Assembly: GCF_963921235.1 (NCBI RefSeq)
Contig: NC_086101.1
Location: 3,474,001-3,538,000 of the forward strand
Source: Mobula hypostoma
Lineage: Eukaryota
Length of the DNA: 64,000 nucleotides
Direction of reading: 5' to 3'
Shown here: one piece after another, positions 11,495 to 25,146 of the stretch
Numbering within the stretch: the stretch's first letter is position 1
Layout: the number at the start of each line of letters is the position of its first letter
The notes under the pieces: generated by a model
Seen by the model: only the letters and a program-made list of their open reading frames with translations
What the model was told of the DNA's origin: nothing
Databases searched by the model: none
Made by a program: the position numbers and the translations under genes

Positions 11495-13300
11495 AAGACC
11501 ATGAGACAGAGGAGCAGAATTAGGCCATTCAGCCCATCGCATCTGCTCCACCATTTCATCACGGCTGATCCCAGATCCCACTGAACCCCACACACCTGCT
11601 TTCTTGCCATAACCTTTGATGCGCTGACCGATCAGGAAACTATCAACTTCTGCCTTAGATATGCGCATGGACTTGGCCTCTACCACAGTCTGTGGCAGAG
11701 CATTCCACAGATTCACTACTCTCTGGGTAAAAAAAAATTCCTTCTTACCTCCTCTAAAGGATCGCCCCTCAGGTTTGAGGCTCTACTCATTAGTTCTGGA
11801 TACCCCCATAATAGGAAACATCCTCTCCACATCCACCCTACCTAGCCCTTTCAACATTCGGTATGTCTCAATGAGATCCCCCTGCATTCTTCTAAATTCT
11901 GGTGCGTACAGGCCCAAAGCTGCAAAATGCTCCTCAAATGTTAACCCCTTCACTCCCAGGATCATCATCATGAACCTCTGGACTCTCTCCAATGACAACA
12001 CATCCTTTCTGAAATATGGGACTTAGAACTGTTGACTATACTCCCCGTGCCTGACTAGTATCTTACAAAGGCTCAGCATTATCTCCTTGCTTTTGTATTC
12101 TATTCCCCTTGAGATGAATGCCAACGTTGCATTTGCCTTTTTTTACCACAGACTCAACCTGTAAATTATCCTCCTTTCACGAGGACTCCTAAATCCCTCT
12201 GCACCTCTGATGTTTGATATTTCTCCCCATTTAGATAATAGTCTACACTATTGTTCCTTTAACCAAAATGCATTATCATATATTTCCCAACTCCGTATTC
12301 CATTTGCCAATTTTTTTTTGCCCATTCTTCCAATTTGTCAAGGTCCTGCTGCAATCACATCGCTTCCTCAGCACTACCTACCCCTCCACCTGTTGTCGTA
12401 TCATCAGCAGGCTTTGCCACAAAGCTATCAATTCCATTATCTAAATCACTGACAAACAATGTGAAAAGTAGCGGTCCCAATACTGCCCCTGAAAATCACC
12501 ACTAGTCACTGGCAGCCAACCAGAAAAGGCCCCCTTTAGTCCCATTCGTTGCCTCCTGCCTGTCAGCCATTTCACCTGCAATCCACCTGGGCAAGCTCCT
12601 CTCTCATGCCTCTGTAATTCCTTTTATTCCATTGTGATTCTGATACATCTGACTTGTGCTTCTCTCTCTCAACTTGCGGTACGAATTCAATCATATTATG
12701 ATCACTGCCTCCTACGTTAAGCTCCCGAATAAGATCTGGGTTATTACACAACACCCAATCTAAGAGAGCCTTTCCCTGAGTAGGCTCAAGCACAAGCTGC
12801 TCTAAAAAGCCATCTCGTAGGCATTCAACAAATCCCCTCTGTTGCGATCCGACACCAATCTGATTTTCCCAGTCGCCTTGCATATTGAAATCTCCCGTTA
12901 CAATTGCAACATTACCCTTATTACATGCCCTGAGGCTGTGACCCTGCAGAACCTCTCATCACAGCGCTAAGCAGTATTGTACCCGTATTGTACTGTCTCA
13001 GTACTTTTATATTTGTGTGCTGTAGCACTTTTTTTACTTGCAGTTATTTTGTAAATCACACTATTCTTTGCACTTCTGGTCAGATGCTAAATGCATTTCA
13101 TCGGCTTTGTATCCATACTCAGCACAATGACAATAAAGTTGGATCTAATCTAATCTAATCTTTCCAGCTCCCTTTGCAATCTCAACCCCACATCTAGGCT
13201 ACTACTCGGAGGTCTATATATGATTCCCTTAATTTTCTTTCCACCCTTGCTTTTTCTTAATTCCACCCACAAAGATTCCCTTCCCTGATGTCGACTGTCC
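11495..13300 (-). mobile_element. Internally deleted CR1 LINE with a nested Rex1/L2-type 3' end (about 12930-13160, (atcta)n tail)
   Basis: ORFs LERVQRF..., NLWNALPQ, FVECLRDGFLEQLVLEPT, GSDHNMIEF (endonuclease); CR1 3' UTR. Confidence 0.85.
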
Positions 13301-13410
13301 CCCTCTCTCTGCCAGTCTCCCCCCCCCCCCACTGACGCTGAGCGAGTTGTTGTTATTGTGGCACCACCCCACCAGGTGCCCTGCCTGACTCCCTGCCACC
13401 TGTATTACAG

Positions 13411-13548
13411 GGGAAGCCGACCCTGCTGCAGTCGCAGTTCCGTCTGACCTACACCATGATCCTCAACCTGCTGCGGGTGGAGGCGCTCCGCGTCGAGGAC
13501 GTGATGAAACGCAGCTTCTCTGAGTTCCACACCCGCAAGGATGCCAAG
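13411..13548 (+). CDS. SKIC2: SKIC2 exon ([46 protein letters not shown])
   Basis: tacag/gtggg, 138 nt, in frame; [18 protein letters not shown] is conserved in Ski2 helicases. Confidence 0.96.
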
Positions 13549-15009
13549 GTGGGTGGGAGCGCCCCCTCCCTCTGACGTGTCCCCTTGCCTCGGTTATTTG
13601 TCTGTGTGTCAGCATGTCTGCTGTGCACAGGAACGGGTTCCTGCCTGTGTCTGTGTGTTGTCCTTGCCTGTCTACTCAGGTCTGTGTGTACGCACATCCA
13701 AGTTTATGTATTATTTGCTTTCAGGTCTGTCTGTGTATCACAATCAAGTTCATTATCACTGGCTTGTTTATTTACTGATAGAGCTGGACCTTTGAGCCAA
13801 CCCTAACCTAGCCATGGGGCAATCTACAATGACTAATTAACCTACCCAGTACATCTTGGGACTGTGGGAGGAAACTGGAGGGCCCATGAGAAACCCACTC
13901 GCTGCAGAGGAGGACGTGCTGTGACTCCTGACAGAACTGAACCCCAAACTCTGTCACAGGGTCCCACTACCGTGGCACAAACGTTGTGAGATGTGCTGTT
14001 TCGCAGCAACAACAGGGAGCAGCTTCTTTAAAATTCCTGTAATTTGTAAAATAAATAAATTGTGTCATAGGGGCCTAGAGCACACAGCACAGTGACACGT
14101 CCTTCAGCTCATGTTGAGCTGTCATTCTGCCTTGTCCAATCGACCTGCACCTGGACCACGGCTTTCCATACCCCTCCCATCCACGTACCCGTCCAAGTTT
14201 AAAGATTGCAGTCAAATTCGTGTGTAAGCAGCAACAAGCATGACCCCCCCTCCCCCCACTGGCAAAAAAAAGCATAGGCACCTGCCACCGAGCACTCGAG
14301 CATGTGGCAACAGTAAAGACACCAACTTGCAGTACCCCAAAGACCACTCCTTCACCCTGTATTCAACATATGGCTAGCTTTTTCTCCCCCCCCCACCCCA
14401 CTAAGGGAGAAAGAGGCATCTCCATTTCACAGTGAGATGGGAGATATAACAAACAACTCACTGGCTTACGATATTAAAAGTCCGTTGCATTGCTTTTTCT
14501 GAGCTCTGTGCCCAAAGATCTCAGGTCAGCCAGAGATCTTCCAGCTCCCACGACACACCGGTCTGGCGGGACACTGACCTTCGATTTGCCCGTCTCCAGA
14601 GCCCTGACATCCTAGGCTTTCAAAGGTGAGCCGAACTCTAAGGCCATGCCCTTGACATGTCGGACAACAGCCGGTCATGAAATCCCGAGAGCAGGTCCCA
14701 TTCCCACAAAGAACTGAACTCAGCGTGTAACTCCAGGTCAGGGTCTTCAAAAGAACCCTGAAAGGAGGAAGATATAGATATTCAGGATGGAAACAGAGCT
14801 GTTTCCGAAGATGTAAGCAAAGGAGTCGCCGTTTAGAGCCACCTTGATGAAGCTCTGCCCTCCGTTCCACACTCTCACCACTCTCCAGTTCCCCTGAAAC
14901 ATTTCACCTTTCACCCGTAACCCATGATCTCTAGTTCTAGTCTCACCCAACCTCAGTGGAAAAAGCCTGCTTGCATTTACCATTTACCCCCTCCATACCC
15001 CTCATATGA

Positions 15010-15545
15010 ACGTAAGACATAGGAGCAGAATTGGGCCATTTGGCCCATCGAGTCTGCTCCACTATTTTGTCATGGCTGATCCATTTCTGCTCTCAGCGCC
15101 AACCTCCTGCCTTCTCCCTGTATCCCTTCATGCCCTGACCAATCAAGAATCTATCAACCTCTGCCTTAAATATACATAAAGTCTTGGCCTCCACAGCTGC
15201 CTGTAGCAAAGAGTTCAACAGATTCACCACCCTCTGGTTAAAGAAATTCCTCCTCATCTCTGTCCTCAAAGGCGACACCTCTATTCCGAGGTTGTTTCCT
15301 CCGATCTTAGACTCTCCCACCATAGGAAACATCCTCTCCACATCCACTCGATCCAGGCCTGTATTCTGTATAATTCTGTATACCTCTACCAAATTTCCCT
15401 TCATTCTCCTACATTCTGGAGAATAAAGTGCTGACCTAGTCAATCTTTCCCTGAAATCCAGGTCTTGTTATCGTCCGTGGAAATGATTTCCTGTTACTCT
15501 TTCAATCTATTGACGTCTTTCCTGTAGGTGCTTGACCAGCGTGTT
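15010..15545 (-). mobile_element. CR1 LINE 3' fragment(s)
   Basis: ORF 15093..15443 LDRVDVERMFPMVGESK...RNFFNQRVVNL. Confidence 0.8.
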
Positions 15546-16029
15546 GTGAAATTTGTTGTTTTACAGCAGGAATGCACTGCAGTGACACAAAAGTTTGTGT
15601 AAATTGCAAAATAAGTAAAGATTGGAAAAAATAGGCATTACAAAGTTAGTATTCATGGGTTTTGGAGTATTCAGAAATCTGATGGTGGAGGGGAAGAAGC
15701 TGTTCCTGAATGGTTGAGTGTGGGTCTTCAGGCTCCTGTATCTCCTCCCTCTATTCTCTGGTAGTAAAGAGAATGGGGATGTCCCATGTGCATTTTCTAT
15801 ACTTGTACCTGGCTATGCACAAGAATATCTTTATGCTCTGGTTCGAGTGTGTCAGTGTGTGTGTATCTAGTTTTTCTGAGGGAGAATTGGGACTGAGTTT
15901 GACCCTGTGATATTTATGGAAGCTTGGGTATAGCTGAGACAAATCTGTCTGGGTTCAAGTTCTAGTTTAATTATTATTCAACCACACACATGAACACAGC
16001 CACGTGAACAGTGTTGCTCTGGGGCCAAG

Positions 16030-17255
16030 GTGTGAAACACAGAATGAGCAGTCACACACAGCACACACAACCCATGTAATTACAGAGCAGAAAACATAGT
16101 CACACATAGCACACACAACCCATGTAATTACAGAGCAGAAAACATAGTCACACAGCACACACAACCCATGTAATTACAGAGCAGAAAACATAGTCACACA
16201 TAGCACACGGCACACGTGATCCATATAATTATGGTAGCAAAAACATATGTGAGGCATGGGAGAATAGGACCAACCAAGTGTGACAGTGGAACTGGAGGAA
16301 ATAGCGGAGATACTTAATGAATACTTTGTGAAGACACAAAGCTTGGGGGTGTTGTGGATAGTGTGGCGGGCTGTCAGAGGTTACAACGGGACATTGATAG
16401 GATGCAAAACTGGGCTGAGAAATGGCAGATGGAGTTCAACCTGGATAAGTGTGAGGTGGTTCATTTTGGTAGGTCAAATAAGATGGCAGAATATAGTATT
16501 AATGGTAAGAATCTTGGCAGTGTGGAGGATCAGAGTCCTGTAATCATACTACGCTCAATTCTGGTCGCCTCACCACAGGAAGGATGTGGAAACCATAGAA
16601 AGGGTGCAGAGGAGATTTACAAGGATGTTGCCTGGATTGGGGAGCATGCCTTATGAGAATAGGTTGAGTGAACTTGGCCTTTTCTCCTTGGAGCAACGGA
16701 GGATGAGAGGTGACCTGACAGAGGTGGAAAAGATGATGAGAGGCATTGATTGTGTGGATAGTCAGAGGCTTTTTCCCAGGGCTGAAATGGCTAGCACGAG
16801 AGGGTATAGTTTTAAGGTGCTTGGAAGTAGGTACAGAGGAGATGTCAGGGGTATGTTTTTCACTCAGAGAGTGGTGAGTGCGTGGAATGGGCTGATGGTG
16901 TTGGAGGCAGAAGCGATAGGGTCTTTTAAGAGACTCCTGGATGGCTACATGGAGCTTAGACAAATAGAGGGCTATGGGTAAAGCCTATGTAGTTCTAAGG
17001 TAGGGACCTGCATGTTCGGCACAGCTTTGTGGGCCGAAGGGCCTGTGCTGTGCTGTAGGTTTTCTACGTTTCTATACAGTTGCACACCGCACACAGCACA
17101 TAGCACATATAACCCATATTATTACGATGGTCGAAAACATACAGTCACACACAACACACAGCACGTATAACCCATAAAATTACAGAGCAGAAAACATAGA
17201 CACACACAGCACACGTAACCCATATAATTATGGTAGCAGAAAACATAGTCACAAG
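16030..17255 (+). mobile_element. Internally deleted CR1 copy (about 16251-17075) inserted into a ~48-bp tandem repeat present on both flanks
   Basis: [35 protein letters not shown]s; acagagcagaaaacatagtcacac repeat on both sides. Confidence 0.85.
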
Positions 17256-18094
17256 AATAACAGTATAGTGTGAGTCCCTTGGTGTCACGGCCTGTTGATG
17301 GTGCATGGTTCATTGTCCTGGAGCCAGGTTTCTGCAAGAACAATGCATCAGGTGCTCGTGCGGCAACAGGTGAATGCAGTTCAGCTTGCCTTCCACCGAG
17401 CAGACACCAGAGCAAGCGGTGCCCAGGGTGAACGGAGAAATTCAAATGGGGGTTCAACTTGGGCAAATGTGAGGTGGATTTTGGGAAATTAAACCAGGGC
17501 AGGACATGCTCAGTGAATGGTAGGGTGCCGAAGAACAAAGAGACATACTGAAGGACAGTTCCCTGAGGGGAACACGGGTAGACAGGGTGGGGAGGAAGGC
17601 GTTTGGCACGTTGGCCTTCAGCAGACAGAGCACAGTAGCGGGCAGGCATGTTGAACTGAGACCCCACTACTGGAAGGATGGTATTAATTTGGAAAGGATG
17701 CAGTAAACATTCGGCGAGAATGATAAACTTTAGTTCTATGTGTTAATGAGCCATCACAATCCCAGGTTTGTGCCGGGGACAGTCTGTGAGTGTCACAGTG
17801 CCTCTTCTGCCAACACAGCATGCCACAGCTCACTAACCCTAACCCGCATGTCTTTGGCCTGTGAGGGGGGACTGGAGCACCCAGAGGAAACCCCATATGG
17901 TCAGGGAGAACGTACTAACCCCTTGCGGACAGTGGCAGGAAATGAATCCGGGTCACTGGTGCTGTGAGGCGTCGTGTTATCCGTGCCACCCTCGTTGAGT
18001 GGCCTGTGAGGGTATTAACCCGGGTGGGACTCCAGGGTTTGAGCTGTGAAGAGAGGTTGCAGGCGGTCACAAACAGGAACCGTTTACCTTGCAG

Positions 18095-18229
18095 ATATAC
18101 GAGCAGCAGATCCAAGACCTGACCAAGAAGCTGGCCAACTTGGACGTGGAGTGTGTTGGGCAGCTGAGTGACCTTGAGCACTACTACATCACCGTACGGG
18201 AGCTCCTGTACACGCGGGCCTCTCTGCAG
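18095..18229 (+). CDS. SKIC2: SKIC2 exon (arch/insertion stalk: IYEQQIQDLTKKLANLDVECVGQLSDLEHYYITVRELLYTRASLQ)
   Basis: ttgcag/gtac, 135 nt, phase 0-0 consistent with neighbours. Confidence 0.9.
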
Positions 18230-18797
18230 GTACACTACACCTCAGCGCGATGCAGCGCCGCTCTGTCAGGTAACATGAGACAGGGAATTCCAGACCCAGT
18301 GTGACGTCAGACAGTCGTGAATGAAGGGTCTTGGCAATGGTGCCCAGTGTCGCCACACTTCCAGTGGCAACATACATCGCCCACAACTTCGGACTGTGGG
18401 AGGAAACCAGAGCACCCAGAGGAAACTCGCGTGATCGGGGGGGAGAACGTACACGGTTGTTACTGACATTGGCGGGAATTGACCTTAGACCACTGACGCT
18501 GTAGAGCGTTGCGCTAACCACTGCACTACCGCGTTGCCCTGCAGAGGTAGCAGAAATTCCCCCGCCGTCCCCTGGTTTCTCGTACTCACCTACATGCTCG
18601 CGGTACCTTGCATCGGCCGTTTCACCTCGCAACCAGGGCACGTAGGCGGACGCGGACGCCGGAGTGCTCGGGTGGAGCCCACACGTTCACTGGTCGAGCA
18701 TGCGTGCTCCACACAGTGTCGGGAATGAGCGAGTTACTGGAGCTGTGGTTCTGATGGGGTAAGCTCTGACCCGCATCTGCGCCCCATTGCTTTGCAG

Positions 18798-18902
18798 AAG
18801 AAAGTGATGGAATCGACGAGTGGGGTGAAGGCTTTGTCTGCAGGGCGAGTGGTGGTGGTTAAAACTCAGCAGCACAGGAATGCTCTGGGAGTGATCCTGC
18901 AG
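18798..18902 (+). CDS. SKIC2: SKIC2 exon (KKVMESTSGVKALSAGRVVVVKTQQHRNALGVILQ)
   Basis: tttgcag/gtagga, 105 nt; LSAGRVVVVK..H.NALGVILQ matches the recalled SKIV2L sequence; NAGNAG acceptor (cagaag) makes the start uncertain by 3 nt. Confidence 0.94.
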
Positions 18903-19889
18903 GTAGGAGTGAGGGGATGGGATATCCGTCTGTCTACGTTTGTGTATGTGTGTGTTTTTTTTAGTCCACAGTACAGAGCAGGCCCTTCCAACCCTTTGAG
19001 CCGTGCCACCCATCAGCCCATCGATTTAACCTTAGCCTAATCGCAGGACAATTTACAATTAGATGGGCTGAAGGGCCTGTTTCTGAGCTTTTCTATTACC
19101 AATTGGCCTACAAACGGGTACGTCTCTGGACTGTGGGAGGAAGGAGGAGCACCTTGCAGAACCCAGCCTGCCCCTGGGGAGGAATGGACAGACTTGCTCA
19201 CGGATGATGCCGGAATTGAACTCCAAACTCTGATGTCCTGAGATGCAATGGCATCACATTAACCAGCACCCTACCGCGGCCCCCCCACTGTGTGTTTGTA
19301 CGTGGCTTTCTGTTCACTGAGAAGCTTCTAACAGGCGTCATCTACTCTCCAGATCCATTTTGTTACCATACGTACATTGAAACAGGCAGGGAAATGCTGT
19401 GTTGCATGAACAACCCACAGACCCTAAGCAGCACACAAAATGCTGGAGGAACTCAGCCGGCCAGTCAGCGTTTCAGACCGAAATCCTTTGGCAGGACTTC
19501 GACATTTTGTCCCTAGAAGCTGCCTGGCCTACTGAGTTCCTCTGGCATTTTGTGTGGGTGTTGCTCGGACTTCCAGCATCTGCAGATTTTCTCTTGTTTG
19601 TGAACGGACCTGAGGATGCGCTGGGGCCAGCCTGCAAGTGTTGATGCACGTTCTGGTAACGACATAGCATGTCCACAATGCTCGACAGTGCAACACACAC
19701 CACAACAGCAAAACAGGCCCCGTCCCTCCCTCCCACCCACAATCACGGAAACTTCTTCCACTGTAAACTAGGCCTCCAGCTTGTGACACGTTCAGGCACG
19801 CCATGGGTAACCTGAGGTCCGTTCTGGGACGCTGTTTAACTAGACTCCGGCTGGAGACTCTAAACTCAGTCACTTAAAAAAAACCCACA

Positions 19890-20370
19890 CCATAAGACAG
19901 GAGCAGAATTAGGCTATTCAGCCCATCGAGTCTGCTCCACCGTTCCATCATGGCTGATTTATCCCTCTCAACCCAATGGCCTTCACCCCATAACCTTTGA
20001 TGCCCTGACTGATCAAGAACCTATCAAATTGCACTTTAAATACACTCAATGGCTTGGTCTCCGCAATCATCTGTAGCAATGAGTTTCATAGATTCCCTAC
20101 CATCTGGCTAAAGAAATTCCTCCTCGCCTCTGTTCTAAAGGGATGTCCCTCTACTCTGAGGCTGGTCTGGTCTTAGACTCCCACAGCATGGGAAACATCC
20201 TCTCCACATCCACTCTTTCTCAGCCTTTCAATACTTGATAGGTTTCATTGAGATCCCTCCATTCTTCTGAAGTCCAGCAAGGTATCAAACGCTATCTCAT
20301 ACGTTAGCCCTTTCATTCCTGGAAACATTCTCGTAAACGTCCTCCTGGACCTTCTCCAATGCCAGCAATA
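19890..20370 (-). mobile_element. CR1 LINE 3' fragment
   Basis: Same 3' UTR as the copies at 11495 and 15010. Confidence 0.75.
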
Positions 20371-21588
20371 TTAGTAACTACAAATCTATTGGAATAGTGT
20401 TAGACAGAGCGCAGAAGTGAGAAACTGCAAGCCCAAGAGATTCTGCAGATACTGGAAACCCCGAGTAGCGCACACAAGGTGCTGGGGAAGCTGAGCAGGT
20501 CAGGCAGCGTCTATGGAGGGGAATAAACAGTCGACACTAAAGGCCACGTCAGCACTCTGTGCGAGTAACGCAGAGGCAGGCTTTTACTGGGCTAAGCCAA
20601 CTGTCCTTTGGCCCCTTTCCACTGTTCGGCATATCTCTTCCACATTCCCAGATCACGTCCTGTACTTTCCTACCTTTTCCCTCCATACTTGGGCCAGTGT
20701 ATGGTGGAGGTTAAAACAACCACGTTTCTGGAATGTGGGCGGAAACAGGAGCACCTGGGGGAAGCCCATGCGGTCACAGGGTGAACGTGCAAACTCCGCG
20801 CAGACAGCCACCTGATGTTGGCGTTGAACTGGGGTCTCTGGGGCTGAGAGACCGCATCAATGTAACTCGTTAGATCGCTAATGTGAGGGCATCTGCCCAC
20901 CTACGTCATCCCGTCTCTTTGACTGCAGACCTACTGATGGTTGCCTCATGCACAGGCCATAGAGTGCCTCAGCACAAAAACAGGCCCTTCGGCCCATCTA
21001 GTCCATGTTGAACTGTTATTTTGCCTGGTCCAATCATCCGTACCTGGACCGTAACCCTCCAAACCCTCCCATCCGTGTACCTATCCAGACTTCTCTTAAG
21101 TGTCAAATCTGCATCCACCACTTCTGCTGGCATCTTGTTCTCCACTCTCACCACCCTCTGAGTGAAGATGTACCCCCTCGTGTTCCCTTTAAACATTTCA
21201 CCTTTCACCCGTAACCCGTGACATCTAGGTGTAGTCTCATGCAACCTCAGTGGAAAAAGCCTTCTTGCGTTTACCCTGTCGATACCCCTCTGTCATATCT
21301 CCCCCTATTTTCGGACTCTTCAGGGTATAAATTCCTAATCTATAACTCAGGTCCCGGCAACATCCTTGTAAATTTTCTTTGTACTCTCTCTGGAGGTTCA
21401 GGCTGCTGGGCATCCTGCGGTGAGATCCGGGGATGGGGGGATGAGGGGTGGGTGGTCAACTGGCTATGACTCTGTCGTCTGGCTCTGGGTGGGTGAGTGT
21501 GCTGAGGCGAGGGAGGTGGCAGAGCCGTCGATGAGGGAGGGAAGGCAAGAGGGGTTGTCCCGCAGTCACTGTAGCGCTTCTCCCTCAG

Positions 21589-21736
21589 GTTTCCGGTGAC
21601 TCGGGCAACCGGTCGTTCACCACCCTGGTGCTGTGCGATTCACGAGGAGGCCAGGAGGAGAGGGGAGGGGGTGTGGATTCCTCGGCAGCTCCCACCCCTG
21701 ATCAGCTGCTCGCCAACAAGCTCTTCCTGCCCGAGG
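21589..21736 (+). CDS. SKIC2: SKIC2 exon (VSGDSGNRSFTTLVLCDSRGGQEERGGGVDSSAAPTPDQLLANKLFLPE-G)
   Basis: ccctcag/gtgagt, 148 nt; FTTLVLC and KLFLPEG motifs. Confidence 0.93.
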
Positions 21737-22178
21737 GTGAGTCTAAACCTTCCTGCGCACCCTTTCCTCCCCGCCACATAACCCAGCCCTGTCCCCCTCC
21801 CCACCCAGCTGCTCTCCACAGTACCTCCCAGCCCTGTCTGCACCCCACCTCTGTCCCGTCCCCGTTCAGTACCCCTCAAACCTCTCCCTCATACCAGACA
21901 TCGATGCAGCCAGTCACAGCACTCTGCACGGTACGGCTGTAGGAATTTGCAAGTGCCTGGGTGACATACCAAATGAGATATAGCAGCTACGGTGCCTCCT
22001 TTGCAACTGCATCGATATGTTGGCCCCAAGATAGATTCTCAGAGAGATTGCGACCAAGGAGAGAGAGGACCAGGAAGTGGGATGGAGTTGCAGTCCTGAG
22101 CCCCTCTGTGGTGGGGGGGGACGGACAGCATGAGAAGGTGAGCTGACAGATCCTCACCTCTGACCATCCCTGCATCAG

Positions 22179-22305
22179 GACCCTGTGGCCACACGGTGGT
22201 GAAGCTGTCACCCACAGATATCAGCAGCATCACAGCAAAGACACTGCGGATCAATGCGGACAAAATCATCGACGACTTCAAAAAGAGACAGGTACCCCGC
22301 TTCCG
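22179..22305 (+). CDS. SKIC2: SKIC2 exon ([42 protein letters not shown])
   Basis: catcag/gtgagt, 127 nt, phases 1 and 2 fit both neighbours. Confidence 0.93.
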
Positions 22306-22367
22306 GTGAGTGTCTGTTCCGAGAAAAGCCTCTGTTCCTGCCTTACCTCCTTCCAGTATGTGTAGCA

Positions 22368-23242
22368 TCTGTGAAACCCCCCTCTGTCCCTCCCTTACCC
22401 CTTCCAGTGAGTGTCAGGGTCTGTGAAACCCCCTCTGTCCCTCCCTTACCCCCAGTGAGTGTCAGGGTCTGTGAAACCCCCTCTGTCCCTCCCTTACGCC
22501 CTTCCAGTGAGTGTCAGGGTCTGTGAAACCCCCTCTGTCCCTCCCTTACCCCCTTCCAGTGAGTGTCAGGGTCTGTGAAACCCCCTCTGTCCCTCCCTTA
22601 CCCCCAGTGAGTGTCAGGGTCTGTGAAACCCCCTCTGTCCCTCCCTCCCCCCCCCTCCAGTGAGTGTCAGGGTCTGTGAAACCCCCTCTGTCCCTCCCTT
22701 CCCCCCTTCCAGTGAGTGTCAGGGTCTGTGAAATCTCCCTCAGTTCCTCCCTTACCCCCTTCCAGTGGGTGTCAGGGTCTGTGAAACCCCCTCTGTCCCT
22801 CCCTTCCCCCCTTCCAGTGAGTGTCAGGGTCTGTGAAACCCCCTCTGTCCCTCAATTACCCCCTTCCAGTGAGTGTCAGGGTGTGTGAAACCCCTTCTGT
22901 CCCTCAATTACCCCCTTCCGTTGGTGTCAGGGTCTGTGAAACCCCCTCGGTCCCTCCCTTCCCCCCTTCCAGTGAGTGTCAGGGTCTGTGAAATCCCCCT
23001 CAGTTCCTCCCTTCCCCCCTTCCAGTGAGTGTCAGGGTCTGTGAAATCCCCCTCAGTTCCTCCCTTACCCCCTTCCAGTGAGTGTCAGGGTCCGTGAAAC
23101 CCCCTCTGTCCCTCCCTTCCCCCCTTCCAGTGAGTGTCAGGGTCTGTGAAATCCCCCTCAGTTCCTCCCTTACCCCCTTCCAGTGAGTGTCAGGGTCTGT
23201 GAAACCCCCTCTGTCCCTCCATTACCCCCTAGTGAGTGTCAG
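22368..23242. repeat. ~53-bp minisatellite, about 16 copies (cagtgagtgtcagggtctgtgaaaccccctctgtccctcccttaccccttc)
   Basis: Direct reading. Confidence 0.95.
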
Positions 23243-24037
23243 TTGTTGGATCTGGTGATGTTGATCTGGTGGTGGTTCAGAAGTTAAGGAGGATGCCTCG
23301 CACATGGTTGTTACGGGCATTTCATTAACTGTTAAGGAACACAAGGGAACTAAGCCTCTTGGCAAATACATAATTAGCTGTAACTACAATTACTAAGCAA
23401 TTTACTGAACAGGTACACAGGTGTAGGGGATTATATCAAATTATAAGCAAACCTAGAAAAGTTAAACTACTATAACAATTTTGCACCCTAATCCAATACT
23501 GTGTTGTTGTCGTGGTCTGTAATCTCCCCTGTGTGATAAGAAACTACTGTCGACCCAATTATCTTAAAATTATGCTCCTTGTTATAGCCATTTCCACTCT
23601 GGTGAAAGGTTTCTGACTGTCTACTCGATCTATGCCTCTCATCATCTTGTACACCTCCATCAAGTCATGTCTCATCTTACTTTGCTGTGGAGAGAACACC
23701 CCTAGCTCTCTCAGCCTATCCTAACATGCTCACTAATCTAGTCAGCATCCTGGCAAATCCCCTCTGCACCCTCTCCAAAGCTTCCACATCCTTCCTGTAA
23801 TAAAGTGAACAGAACTGGCGACTGTATTCCAAGTGTGGTCTAACTAGGGTCCTGTAGAGTGGAAACATCACCTCATGGCTTTTGAACACAGTTTCCCAAG
23901 TAATGAAACACACCCGCATGCCTTTGTAACCACTCGATCACCTTGCATGGCATCTTTGAGAATTGACCACAAGATTCCTTTGTTCCCCCACAGTGCTAAC
24001 AACCCTGCATTTTGCCTTCAGGTTCGGCCTTCAAAAT

Positions 24038-25083
24038 AGTCACACTGTTCCAGACAGTGTAGACTATCTCACTGTTCCAGATAGTGTGGACTGTCACACT
24101 GTTCCAAATAGTGTGGACTATCACACTGTTCCAGATAGTGTGGACTGCCTCACTGTTCCAAATAGTGTGGACTGTCACACTGTTCCAGATAGTGTGGACT
24201 GTCTCACTGTTCCAGAGAGTGTGGACGATCACACTGTTCCAGAGAGTGTGGACTGTCTCACTGTTCCAGAGAGTGTGGACTGTCTCACTGTTCCAGAGAG
24301 TGTGGACTGTCTCACTGTTCCAGATAGTGTGGGCTGTCTCACTATTCCAGATAGCGTGGACTGTCTCACTGTTCCAGGTAGCGTGGACTGTCACACTGTT
24401 CCAGATAGTGTGGACTGTCTCACTGTTCCAGAGAGTGTGGACGATCACACTGTTCCAGAGAGTGTGGACTGTCTCACTGTTCCAGAGAGTGTGGACTGTC
24501 TCACTGTTCCAGAGAGTGTGGACTGTCTCACTGTTCCAGAGAGTGTGGACTGTCTCACTGTTCCAGATAGTGTGGGCTGTCTCACTATTCCAGATAGTGT
24601 GGGCTGTCTCACTATTCCAGATAGCGTGGACTATCTCACTGTTCCAGGTAGCGTGGACTGTCTCACTGTTCCAGATAGAGTGGACTGTCTCACTGTTCCA
24701 GATAGTGTGGACTGTCTCACTGTTCCAGATAGTGTGGACTGTCTCACTGTTCCAGATAGTGTGGACTGTCTCACTGTTCCAGATAGTGTGGTCTATCACA
24801 CTGTTCCAGATAGTGTGGACTATCTCACTGTTCCAGATAGTGTGGACGATCACGCTGTTCCAGATAGTGTGACGATCACACTGTTCCAGATAGTGTGGAC
24901 TATCTCACTGTTCCAGATAGTGTGGACTATCTCACTGTTCCAGATAGTGTGGACTATCTCACTGTTCCAGATAGTGTGGACAATCACACTGTTCCAGATA
25001 GTGTGGACGATCACACTGTTCCAGATAGTGTGGAGTATCTCACTGTTCCAGATAGTGTGGACTATCTCACTGTTCCAGATAGT
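24038..25083. repeat. 27-bp minisatellite, about 38 copies (cactgttccagatagtgtggactgtct)
   Basis: Direct reading. Confidence 0.97.
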
Positions 25084-25146
25084 CTCCCAATAAGGAAGGC
25101 AAGGATCCAGAGAATCATTGGGAATCTGGGGTGACGTGTATTGAAG

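Noticed and set aside
24038..25083. CRISPR-like array of 27-bp palindromic repeats
   Set aside because: No unique spacers, no cas genes, eukaryotic intron
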